A DNA stretch of 64,000 nucleotides from contig CAZXWN010000014.1 of NCBI GenBank assembly GCA_964644695.1, forward strand, positions 1 to 64,000, in the 5' to 3' direction. Shown in pieces: positions 9,501-18,476 of this stretch; the first letter of the stretch is position 1; every line of letters begins with the position of its first letter. A model generated the notes under the pieces. It was not told where the DNA came from. It was given only the letters and a program-made list of their open reading frames with translations, and did no database searches. The stretch comes from an uncultured bacterium (GTDB taxonomy: Bacteria > UBP4 > UBA4092). Both the position numbers and the translations under genes were made by a program.

Positions 9501-10154
9501 TTAAAATTTGTAATATAAATCATCAGAGTCTTTTTCATCTACATAGAGCCAGAACTGATTTTTCTTCTGCGTTAACGAGACACTATTATTCAAAGCATGA
9601 CCGGGCTGTCTGTCCCGACCATAACTGACGACCATGGCAAGGTCAGGCCGGTCAGAGGGTCCATAGTTGACAGGGTCCATCAGTGTTGTGGTTCCTGACT
9701 GTACTTTTAATAAGGCAATCATGTAACGATTACCATAAACATCAATGGGATAACCTTCACTATCTACTTTACGGGAATTGTCCGGAGCCCGGGAGTTTTG
9801 TAAAGTCACATAGGGCCCTTTCCAAAGGGAGGTATTTACTTCAAAGGAGGATCCTGCAGGGACATTAATCGGTCTGCCATAAACATCTATGGTTGGCATT
9901 GTGGAAAACTGTAAGTCTTGCAGACGCCAGACGACACCTGTATCACCTTTGGCAATAGACAACATATTTCCATATTGTCTCATTTCCGCCAACACCGCAG
10001 AATCTTTGGACCTGTCAATCAAGTTTTTGAAATTGATTAAACCCAAAGATGACATCAATGCAATAATACTGACAACAATCAGGATTTCAATAAGCGTAAA
10101 ACCTGAATCGCTGTTTGACCTTTCCAGATTATTGATGGTTTTCATGTTCTGCAT
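9501..10154 (-). CDS. GspG-like pilin paralogue
   Basis: G|FTLIE, WKGPY, DVYGNRY, SYGRD...DDLYYKF; ATG 10154 preferred from the AAGGA RBS and promoter position. Confidence 0.85.
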   Translation of the reverse strand: MQNMKTINNLERSNSDSGFTLIEILIVVSIIALMSSLGLINFKNLIDRSKDSAVLAEMRQYGNMLSIAKGDTGVVWRLQDLQFSTMPTIDVYGRPINVPAGSSFEVNTSLWKGPYVTLQNSRAPDNSRKVDSEGYPIDVYGNRYMIALLKVQSGTTTLMDPVNYGPSDRPDLAMVVSYGRDRQPGHALNNSVSLTQKKNQFWLYVDEKDSDDLYYKF

Positions 10155-10183
10155 ATTTAATTCCTTTAACATCAGTCACCTGA

Positions 10184-10212
10184 AATATATTACGTCCTTA
10201 AGACACTGTCAA
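10184..10212 (-). promoter_or_regulatory. Internal sigma70 promoter for the five GspG-like genes
   Basis: TTGACA(10207-10212)-17 nt-TATATT(10184-10189) on the minus strand. Confidence 0.7.
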
Positions 10213-10226
10213 CAATCATTTTCAAA

Positions 10227-10982
10227 CTACCTGCTTGTTATTATGACACCACCACTTAAAACACCATCTTGCGGATCGTAAGAACTGCCAAGAACATCTT
10301 TACTGTTTTTTGATATTGCTGTACCCGGGATTCCCGGTTCAGAACTAAATTGAAAGGCTAAAGGAGTCTGTAGTATCGGTTTAATCGGCCGCCAGTTAAT
10401 TTCAGCTAAATCGCCACCGAGATAAACACCATCCTTTAATCCCTTCAACATAAATCGAATCAAGCCTTTGTTACTGTCCACATAATTAAATATTATCTGG
10501 ATTCCAGGAAATCTTTTTGGATCAATTAATGACTTAATATTAACACCTGATTGACCTGGATACACATCTGCAACTTTCAAATAACGCGGATCAAACTTAA
10601 TTAAAATGTCTACTGTATCCAGTGTAACACCCCTTGGATTGTCTAATACAATCTTTTGGGTAGCAGTAGATGACCCTGCCAAAGTTCTTAAAGTCAGAGG
10701 ATCAAATCGTAATGTTATATTACCAAAATATTGACTTCCACCAGAACCTACACTTGTGGGTGATACTGGTTTTGCAACTTCAGTTGTTACTGGTTTAGTA
10801 ATTGTAGTGGTCTTCTTATTATCACCAGAAACAGGTTTTGGCTTTACCTTTGAAACACCTGTCGGCTTAGCTGGTTTATTATAGCCCGTTTCTTCTTTTA
10901 TACCGGCAGATAAGCCCTGATAATGGAAAAACAACATTACCACAACCACCAAATAAACCTGTTTAACTCTTAAATAATTCAT
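10227..10982 (-). CDS. Secreted protein with a Pro/Thr/Lys-rich linker and a cohesin-like domain
   Basis: Signal peptide, KP/T-rich linker, then a beta-rich domain DTVDILIKFDPRYLKV...VDSNKGLIRF...LAEINW typical of cohesin-like folds. Confidence 0.65.
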   Translation of the reverse strand: MNYLRVKQVYLVVVVMLFFHYQGLSAGIKEETGYNKPAKPTGVSKVKPKPVSGDNKKTTTITKPVTTEVAKPVSPTSVGSGGSQYFGNITLRFDPLTLRTLAGSSTATQKIVLDNPRGVTLDTVDILIKFDPRYLKVADVYPGQSGVNIKSLIDPKRFPGIQIIFNYVDSNKGLIRFMLKGLKDGVYLGGDLAEINWRPIKPILQTPLAFQFSSEPGIPGTAISKNSKDVLGSSYDPQDGVLSGGVIITSR

Positions 10983-11030
10983 TGATTTTGTATTGTCTTA
11001 AAGATTCTTGCACGAACCTTGTCCCCTTGA

Positions 11031-12896
11031 CTAGGGGAGAAGTTCCTTTTCATAAATTGTTTCCGGTTTAGAACCTACCATCGAAATGAGTGATTGAACC
11101 GTTTTTTCAGCAATAATTTTATTTTGATGGGTCAATTTCGCATGAGAGGTAATCGTAAAATTATAAGACCTTACCGTGACCCAATTCGCAATATGAGTGA
11201 AATTTGCAAGATATAATTCCAATTCACCCTGGTTAGAATCTGATTCTGTTGAAACAGCTATGGGAATCGTCATACCGGGCACTTTTAATAAATCAGCGGT
11301 TGTTTTGAATGAACCATATTTCTGTCGATAGGTCACAATAGCTTTGGCCAGGTCCTGCGTCATGTAGGGTAAACCAATCAATACTTCCATAGGGGCAGTG
11401 TTGATGTTTATGGAACCCTTATTTTCTACCTCACCATTTACTTTAAGACAATCTAAGATACGACCATAACTAATTCCTGCGGATTTATCCCAGCTAACGA
11501 CGGCCCACGCTGTAGAGGGAGTTGCCAAGCTGACATATCCGATATCCCCAATCGACTTAAATGAAGCATCCGCCACTCGGGTCAGGTTTTCTTCATCGAC
11601 TGTTTTCATAGGAGGTGCGTAAACTTTATTTTTGGCATAGGGGCTTCCATTATTGACAGCCCAGACTCGGTCAACACGGGGATCATTACGTTCCCATGCT
11701 TTATTCTGGCTACTTACCCCATATTTGAAGATATCCACCAGATTCTCTTCATCATCATACAACTTAATCGTGTCCCCTTTTTTTGACAAGATTAACTGGT
11801 CATCTTCTACCAAATGACTGGCGGGGACATTTCCAAACAATAACCGGTATGATTGACGTTTTCCATCAGATTCATCCCAGTCAGAGTCCGGATTATAATG
11901 GTCCGTAACCATCAGATAACCTTCAGAAGGAATGGCTCCAGATAAGACAACAGATCCAAATCGTCCTTCCAATTTCCATCCTTCCACCGAGATTTCCATG
12001 GGGTACGGATTATATAGCTCAATATAATTACCATCCTGTCTTGATGATTCCGAATCAGTAAATCCAGGACAGGGCATCACTTCATTGATAACTGGATTAA
12101 TTTCAACACCTCGGTACATTACATTATCAATCACTAAAACCGTTGGTATGGAGTCTGCATCCCGGTAATCCACCAGATTTACTGCAAGCTGAGCCGCCAA
12201 CCCCTTGGGCATTTCCTGTAACAAAACTGAATATAAATCCTTTGCAGCCGCCTGATTCACATTTACCCGAGGAGTTTCCTCAGAATTTTTATTTGCGTCA
12301 AAGGAATAAAATGTAATGTAGTTGGAAAGAATATCTGCCTGTCTTTTTCCAATAATAACTTCAAGGTCTTCAATGCTGCGAAGGACATCATTTTTACGGG
12401 CCTGAGACATCTTCATGATAGCAGAAGTTGCATCCGCATAACTTAGGCCTGCTTTTTCAAAATGATAAACAACAAATCCGCCCAAGTTCAGCCCGGGCCA
12501 GCGACCGCGTGAATTATAGTCGAGGGCAGCACCCAGGTTAAATTTACCCTCTTCATCCTGAACATTTACTTCGGGTTTATCATTACCCACTTGTGTATTG
12601 TTCACGGATGCCGCTTTTACAGTTTCATAACCCGTATATTGCACCAGCTGGTCCAGTTTATCATAACGACTGGCTTCCAGGTTACTAACAGCCTGTGCAA
12701 TCCCATTACGAGCTAACCGGGAGGCTTTGTATCCACTCAAAAAATTCCCCGCCGCCTTTTCCTCAGTTCGCATCACATAGACAAAGGATAATCCAATCAA
12801 AGTCAAAACAGATAATACCGCCAGCACCATAATCAGGGTAAATCCTGATTCGGACTGCGGACCTATTTTCTGACTTGTACGGATGTTATTCAACAT
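11031..12896 (-). CDS. GspK/PilX-like minor pseudopilin with an inserted lamin-tail domain and an HhH domain
   Basis: G|FTLIM (no Glu5), DEEGKFNL, VNVNQA, VDYRD; LTD PVINEVM...YIELYNP...GWKL; HhH ININTAPMEVLIGLP...FKTTADLLKVPGM. Confidence 0.8.
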   Translation of the reverse strand: MLNNIRTSQKIGPQSESGFTLIMVLAVLSVLTLIGLSFVYVMRTEEKAAGNFLSGYKASRLARNGIAQAVSNLEASRYDKLDQLVQYTGYETVKAASVNNTQVGNDKPEVNVQDEEGKFNLGAALDYNSRGRWPGLNLGGFVVYHFEKAGLSYADATSAIMKMSQARKNDVLRSIEDLEVIIGKRQADILSNYITFYSFDANKNSEETPRVNVNQAAAKDLYSVLLQEMPKGLAAQLAVNLVDYRDADSIPTVLVIDNVMYRGVEINPVINEVMPCPGFTDSESSRQDGNYIELYNPYPMEISVEGWKLEGRFGSVVLSGAIPSEGYLMVTDHYNPDSDWDESDGKRQSYRLLFGNVPASHLVEDDQLILSKKGDTIKLYDDEENLVDIFKYGVSSQNKAWERNDPRVDRVWAVNNGSPYAKNKVYAPPMKTVDEENLTRVADASFKSIGDIGYVSLATPSTAWAVVSWDKSAGISYGRILDCLKVNGEVENKGSININTAPMEVLIGLPYMTQDLAKAIVTYRQKYGSFKTTADLLKVPGMTIPIAVSTESDSNQGELELYLANFTHIANWVTVRSYNFTITSHAKLTHQNKIIAEKTVQSLISMVGSKPETIYEKELLP

Positions 12897-12909
12897 GCCA
12901 TCATTATCC

Positions 12910-13545
12910 TTAATTGAGTGTCACCAATGTCGTAAAGACTCTTGGGTTTTGAACACCTTTATTATCTTGCAGCTTTATTTCAATATAGACCGACTTCGGT
13001 ATACTGCCATTATTCCATTGAACTTTCCAATGTCCGGTACCACTGTTACCATTTGGGTCCCAAAATAAATATCGGATATTACGGACCCCAAAGGCCAAAG
13101 GCTCCTCAGTACCAAGATTGTTTGCCGTCGTCAAACTACTCAGCATTAAATAATGAGTTACCGTATCTAATGTATATTTATAAGTCATTGGTCCTGATCT
13201 AAATTCCAGAGTAAACGGGTCTGGGTCAGTGATACTATAGAAAGTACGCGCCGCTGTTGATAAGTCAGTAAAGACAGGGAAGTCAGAAGAATATAAACTC
13301 ATATTTTGTGCAGAAGCATTCAGTGAAAAGGGCGAGTCATTTAATCTCTCAGTAATATCTCTTAGAGCAACCCGGGCATTTTCCGCCATATCAACAGAAG
13401 CCTGGCCTTTTTCATAAGAAGTCCATACGGTACGATAGGTTGAAAAAACCGTCAAAGTAATAATGCTGACCAAGGCCAGCACTACCACCAGTTCCGGTAT
13501 AGTAAAACCTTTATTTCGGCTGAATTGATTCATCATCAATGCCAC
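12910..13545 (-). CDS. GspJ/PilW-like minor pilin
   Basis: G|FTIPE leader; C-terminal PKSVYIEI motif. Confidence 0.8.
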   Translation of the reverse strand: MALMMNQFSRNKGFTIPELVVVLALVSIITLTVFSTYRTVWTSYEKGQASVDMAENARVALRDITERLNDSPFSLNASAQNMSLYSSDFPVFTDLSTAARTFYSITDPDPFTLEFRSGPMTYKYTLDTVTHYLMLSSLTTANNLGTEEPLAFGVRNIRYLFWDPNGNSGTGHWKVQWNNGSIPKSVYIEIKLQDNKGVQNPRVFTTLVTLN

Positions 13546-13886
13546 ACCATATCCTGTTCAAGATAAAGAGTATTATCTTTATAAATCGTGACATGCACCT
13601 GACGGTTCATTCCCTGGGAGGTTACAGCAGTTGTAGCCCAACGGAAGTTTGGTTCAATAAAATAGACACCGCTACGGGCAGGAGTACCCACACTCCAGTC
13701 TTCCCGTTTAATATCTTCACTGACCATTTGATACAGGAGCGTAGTAACCGTCATATCCTGAGCTCGTTGCCCAGCTCTCATTCCCTGTGGGAATAAAGTA
13801 CCTAAAGCCAAAATACCAATCAACAACAAGGTCAGGCTGACAACCACTTCAATAAGAGTGAAGCCCTTAGAAGATTTCATCTTCAT
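13536..13886 (-). CDS. GspI/PilV-like minor pilin
   Basis: Short prepilin, G|FTLIEVVVSL; position between the H-like and J-like genes. Confidence 0.8.
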   Translation of the reverse strand: MKMKSSKGFTLIEVVVSLTLLLIGILALGTLFPQGMRAGQRAQDMTVTTLLYQMVSEDIKREDWSVGTPARSGVYFIEPNFRWATTAVTSQGMNRQVHVTIYKDNTLYLEQDMVWH

Positions 13887-14479
13887 GCAGACACCTCACT
13901 ATAAGTAATCACTTTAGCTCTGCCCGTAGATTGATATAATTGAACACCGGCCCGTTCATTTGGATTGGCAATAATTTCTATCATTTCGGAACGGCTGGCT
14001 GATCCATCAGGATAGAACTCAATCACCGCCGGGAGTGTCCTGAAAAGAACACCATCGGGCAGGTAATGAACACCGGTAATCTGGTTAATCACGGTTGTAT
14101 TTACATCCGTCGAATCAAGGATATTTCGAACTTCCAATTTCTGGCTCATCCATATATTGGGTCTGGTGATACCACCCGAATGATCATTTGAAAAATAGAC
14201 CAAAGTAGAAATAACCTGTTTTCTATATCCAGAAACGGATACGGGGTCGTAGTTGGTACGATTGACACTGATATCCCGTGCCTGAGAAAGGACAGCAACG
14301 GTATTTCTTGCCGCACGTTCTGCTGAAACAGATTTCAGGAACCGACCATAACTAAAAACGAAAGCAGATAATAAAACAGAAATAATCAATAAAACAACGG
14401 CCAACTCCACTAATGAAAAACCCGAAACCCAGGGTTGATTAAGAGTGGAATTTTTTTTTGTTTTATTCATTAACATCAT
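13883..14479 (-). CDS. GspH/FimT-like minor pilin
   Basis: G|FSLVE; LSQARDIS; IEFYPDGSA; STGRAKV. Confidence 0.8.
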   Translation of the reverse strand: MMLMNKTKKNSTLNQPWVSGFSLVELAVVLLIISVLLSAFVFSYGRFLKSVSAERAARNTVAVLSQARDISVNRTNYDPVSVSGYRKQVISTLVYFSNDHSGGITRPNIWMSQKLEVRNILDSTDVNTTVINQITGVHYLPDGVLFRTLPAVIEFYPDGSASRSEMIEIIANPNERAGVQLYQSTGRAKVITYSEVSA

Positions 14480-14578
14480 TTATTCAGTCCGCTCACACGC
14501 TCAGTTCGTGATAATTTCACCAGGACAACCATATTTTACTTAATATTTTGCCAGTAAAGTGGTTACTCACCCAATGGA

Positions 14579-14607
14579 AATATAGTCCTTGGATGCCTCA
14601 TCGTCAA
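14579..14607 (-). promoter_or_regulatory. sigma70 promoter of the minor pilin operon
   Basis: TTGACG(14602-14607)-17 nt-TATATT(14579-14584). Confidence 0.65.
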
Positions 14608-15119
14608 CTATTTCAATAATTTTCAAGGAAAACAAAGCAGATGGCAAGCATTTTCTCAAGCCACTCTGGCCCGTCTTTCCCAAAGGGTACTTTTTTATTG
14701 CATTATTTCGTATGGCACTCTGATAAGATTTGATTTCCATAATCTTACAGTTACCTACTATACTATCATGTTTTAGCCTAAAATCAGTGAGTTGCTCCTC
14801 GTGTTTTTAAGCTCAATAATCAGTCTTTTTTTTGAATTGCCAGACAGTGTTTATCAAAGAAAAATCGACCGTAATCTTTCAAGCTCCAGTTTAGTTTCTT
14901 TCCAAATTAAAACACGCAACAACTTGTTTGACAGCTATATAACATTTTCATCTCATCAAAACCTGCAATACAGACCCTATTAGATATCAATAGTATAAAT
15001 ATGTCAATATTTTTGATATAAAAATGATATTTTCAGAGGATATCGGGCTAAACATCTGATTCTGGAGTTTTTCAACAGTAAAAATATTTTATTGGGACAA
15101 AAATGTAGGAGAGTCCCCC

Positions 15120-15138
15120 TTCGTTTCTGCTTCGTCAG
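15120..15138. repeat. Partial copy of the dispersed phased motif
   Basis: TTCGTTTCTGCTTCGTCAG matches 1206-1224 (TTCATTTCTGCTTCGTCAG) at 18 of 19 positions. Confidence 0.55.
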
Positions 15139-15170
15139 AGACTCGATGCTCAAACCATTTTTGTATGAAT

Positions 15171-15206
15171 AAAAAAACCGGCAGGAATCAAATCCCTGCC
15201 GGTTTT
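15171..15206 (-). terminator. Intrinsic terminator after pilC
   Basis: AAAACCGGCAGG...CCTGCCGGTTTT with a T7 tract on the minus strand. Confidence 0.85.
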
Positions 15207-15219
15207 CTGGATATGCCAT

Positions 15220-16455
15220 TTATTTAATCGCATTACCGATGTTGAACATGGGTAAATAGAGCGCCACAACGATAAAACCAACGATGGCACCCAACATAAC
15301 GATAAGCAAAGGTTCAATAAGTGAAGTCAAACCTTTTACGGTATCATCTACTTCCGCTTCATAGGTTTCCGCTACCTTAACCAGCATCTGATCCAGAGCA
15401 CCTGTTTCTTCACCAACGGCGATCATGTGAACGACCAACGGCGGGAATACCGGGAATTTGGATAATGGTTCATGAATCGTTTCACCTTCACGGATAGATT
15501 CATAAACTTTCTTCATGGCCTGGGCAACCACTTCATTACCAGAAGATTCACGAACAATTTCCAGCGCCTGCAAAATAGGTACACCTGAGGTAATGAGGGT
15601 CGCCAGAGTACTGGAAAATCTCGCGATAGCAATTTTGTTAACGAGTTGACCAAAGATCGGAAGACGCAGCTTAACAGAGTCAATATAGAGCTTCGAAGCT
15701 GAGTACCGATTTGCATATTTATAGCCCACGACAAGAGCAATTAGCACAACGGCCAATACAGATAATTGGACAGGGTCGGTTAACATGTGAGACATATTAA
15801 TTAATAACAGGGTCGGAGCGGGTAAGGTTGCACCCATTTCCGCATAAATAGCAGCGAACTTCGGGATAACAAAGATCAAGATGAAGGATACAATCGCCGT
15901 ACAAAGGACAACGACCATAACCGGATACATTAGTGCGGATTTCACCTTGGATCGCAAGGCTCTGCTATTTTCAAGGAACTGAGCGATTCGCTTCAAAACG
16001 GCTTCCATAACACCGCCGATTTCACCGGCACGCACCATGTTGATATATAACTTATTGAAAATCTTTGGATAACGGGACATTCCCTCAGAAAGGGTTCCCC
16101 CGTTTTCAATGCAGGAGTACATATCCTTAATAATTACTTTAAATGTACCAGATTCGGTTTGGTCATGAAGAATGGCCAATGAACGCAAAAGGGGAAGACC
16201 TGCCTCAATTAGAGTGGCCAACTGTCGGGTAAAAGTAGAGACATGCCGAAGTTTAACACGACCAAAAAGCCATCTTAATCCGGGGATACTGCCCAAATCA
16301 ATTTTACCCACGGCAGCTTTGCTTTTCGTAATCCGAGTCGGATAATATCCAAGACCTTTTAGACGCTCCAGTACGGTTTCTTCCGATTCCGCCTCGATGG
16401 CCCCGCGAACGGGTTTTCCGCCCTTATCCAGGGCTTCATAAGCATAACTCGGCAT
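15220..16455 (-). CDS. pilC: Type IV pilus/T2SS inner-membrane platform protein PilC/GspF
   Basis: FTRQLATLIEAGLPL, AGEIGG, ALMYP, GEETGALD, LIEP motifs. Confidence 0.95.
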   Translation of the reverse strand: MPSYAYEALDKGGKPVRGAIEAESEETVLERLKGLGYYPTRITKSKAAVGKIDLGSIPGLRWLFGRVKLRHVSTFTRQLATLIEAGLPLLRSLAILHDQTESGTFKVIIKDMYSCIENGGTLSEGMSRYPKIFNKLYINMVRAGEIGGVMEAVLKRIAQFLENSRALRSKVKSALMYPVMVVVLCTAIVSFILIFVIPKFAAIYAEMGATLPAPTLLLINMSHMLTDPVQLSVLAVVLIALVVGYKYANRYSASKLYIDSVKLRLPIFGQLVNKIAIARFSSTLATLITSGVPILQALEIVRESSGNEVVAQAMKKVYESIREGETIHEPLSKFPVFPPLVVHMIAVGEETGALDQMLVKVAETYEAEVDDTVKGLTSLIEPLLIVMLGAIVGFIVVALYLPMFNIGNAIK

Positions 16456-16535
16456 AATATCTCACCTGTCTATTAAGGTTTACGAATCACCCTTAAGGGC
16501 ATTCGTTTAGTAACTAATCTAACTATAAGTATACG

Positions 16536-18443
16536 CTAAACGCGTTCCGCTTCTTCCCCGGTTCCTTCAGAATTTGCAGATGGTATTTTATTATCCACAA
16601 AATCAGCATCTTCCGGCCCAACCACAGAACCCTTTTTCGGTGCGGTTTCCTTTTCAGGGGTTTCAGTGACCGGTTTAGTCAATTCATCGGATGTAGCGGG
16701 GGAAACATCTTCAACACCATAGGTAACTCTTAAGACTTCATCAATGGTTGTAATACCGGCTTGGATTTTAATCATGCCATCTTGCCGCATGGTCATCATC
16801 CCTTCAGCTCGGGCCAGACGAGCTAATTCAACCGTTGTTGCTTTTTGGAGAACTAACTCTCGAACGGCTTCCGTGATAATCATCAGCTCATAGATACCAA
16901 TTCGGCCTTTATAACCAGTATAATTACAGTCATCACAACCATGGCCTCGGAAATAAGTATATTGCCGAGCCTCTTCGGGATCCATACCCATTTCGCGGAA
17001 TAATTCTTCATGGGGGGTATATTCTTCGCGGCAATTTGGACAAATAGTACGAACCAAACGCTGAGCAATAACACCTTCAATCGTTGAAGCAATCAAGAAG
17101 GGTTCAACATTCATATCAATTAAACGGGTTACTGTTGAAGGGGCATCATTGGTATGTAAAGTTGAAAGTACCAAGTGACCTGTCAAAGCCGCCTGAACAG
17201 AAATCTGGGCGGTCTCTTCATCACGGATTTCACCGACCATGATAACATCCGGGTCCTGACGAAGAATAGAACGGAGGCACGATGCAAAAGTTAATCCTAC
17301 TGCTTCACGGATATTAACCTGTACAACACCTTCCATTTCATATTCAACGGGGTCTTCGGTGGTAATAACTTTAAGTTCAGGGGTATAAATTTCATTTAAT
17401 GCGGCATAGAGGGTGGTTGTTTTACCACAACCCGTGGGTCCTGTTACCAGGATAATTCCATTGGGTTTATCAATCAAACTCCGCATTTTCTCATTGACTT
17501 CCGGCAACAGACCAATTTGTTCCAAACCCATCATCATCATGGATTTGTCCAAAATACGCATAACGATACTTTCACCCCATACGGTTGGAAGTGAGCTAAC
17601 ACGAAGATCGATTTGCCGGCCGGCAAGGTTTAACTTAATACGACCATCCTGTGGGATTCGCCGTTCAGCGATATCCATACCTGCCATAACTTTTAAACGA
17701 GACTGAATACCAACATGGAGTTTTTGGGGAGGGGATTGAACCTCGCGTAACACACCGTCAACACGGTATCTAATACGCATCATATCTTCAAAGGGTTCAA
17801 TATGCAAATCTGATGCCCGGTCTTTAATTGCCTGCAATAACAATAAGTTCACAAATTTAATAACGGGGGCATCCGCCGCTATCTGGTCAATATTTGTTAA
17901 ATCAATCTGGTCGGAATTATTTACGATATTTTCTTCGACATTTTCTTCGTGTAAACGATCAACCATCAAATCCAGGTTTTCATCTCCGATACCATAATGC
18001 ATGGCAATAGCATCTTTGATGTCACCCTCATTTGCAATGGCACCTTTGACAGGTTTGTCAAGCATTAACCGAAGATCATCGAGAATCTTAACATTCATCG
18101 GATCAGAAAGCGCAAATAAAACAGTACCATCTTCTTCTCGTCGCAGGGGGAATATCTTATAAGTGTCACAAATATGGAAGGGGACTTCCTTAATCAGTTC
18201 GGTATCAATACTAAAATGGAGTAAATCCACATAGGGCATACCCGTCTGTTCAGAAAGAAGTTTCAGTGTATCCAGTTCCGAAACTGAAGGAAAAGCCGTT
18301 TGAGGCATTGCTTGATTCAGAGTCTGAGCAGCCTCATCGGGTGAAAAGATCTGTTGACCGCTACCTGGCTCATTGGGTCGTGCAGCATCACCGACTGGAT
18401 TTTGTTGATTGATATTTTTCAGGTTCGGATTGGTATCCGCCAT
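16536..18443 (-). CDS. pilB: PilB/GspE assembly ATPase (second copy)
   Basis: ASDLHIEP, Walker A GPTGCGKTT, RQDPDVIMVGEIRD, two CxxC; acidic tail. Confidence 0.92.
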   Translation of the reverse strand: MADTNPNLKNINQQNPVGDAARPNEPGSGQQIFSPDEAAQTLNQAMPQTAFPSVSELDTLKLLSEQTGMPYVDLLHFSIDTELIKEVPFHICDTYKIFPLRREEDGTVLFALSDPMNVKILDDLRLMLDKPVKGAIANEGDIKDAIAMHYGIGDENLDLMVDRLHEENVEENIVNNSDQIDLTNIDQIAADAPVIKFVNLLLLQAIKDRASDLHIEPFEDMMRIRYRVDGVLREVQSPPQKLHVGIQSRLKVMAGMDIAERRIPQDGRIKLNLAGRQIDLRVSSLPTVWGESIVMRILDKSMMMMGLEQIGLLPEVNEKMRSLIDKPNGIILVTGPTGCGKTTTLYAALNEIYTPELKVITTEDPVEYEMEGVVQVNIREAVGLTFASCLRSILRQDPDVIMVGEIRDEETAQISVQAALTGHLVLSTLHTNDAPSTVTRLIDMNVEPFLIASTIEGVIAQRLVRTICPNCREEYTPHEELFREMGMDPEEARQYTYFRGHGCDDCNYTGYKGRIGIYELMIITEAVRELVLQKATTVELARLARAEGMMTMRQDGMIKIQAGITTIDEVLRVTYGVEDVSPATSDELTKPVTETPEKETAPKKGSVVGPEDADFVDNKIPSANSEGTGEEAERV

Positions 18444-18476
18444 CTACCAGTTCTCCTCGCTTTTCGCTCTTTCCTT

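Noticed and set aside
6936-10154. Silent pilS-type cassettes or DGR targets
   Set aside because: All five genes have full leaders and start codons, DNA identity is confined to short motifs, and no reverse transcriptase or TR/VR pair is visible
14451-14459. A9 tract at the start of the gspH-like gene as a phase-variation switch
   Set aside because: The gene is in frame and an A9 run coding Lys/Asn is unremarkable in AT-rich DNA; read-level length variation would be needed
14648-14663. sigma54 promoter upstream of the pilin operon
   Set aside because: GG-to-GC spacing is 11 rather than 10 nt, and a good sigma70 promoter lies nearby
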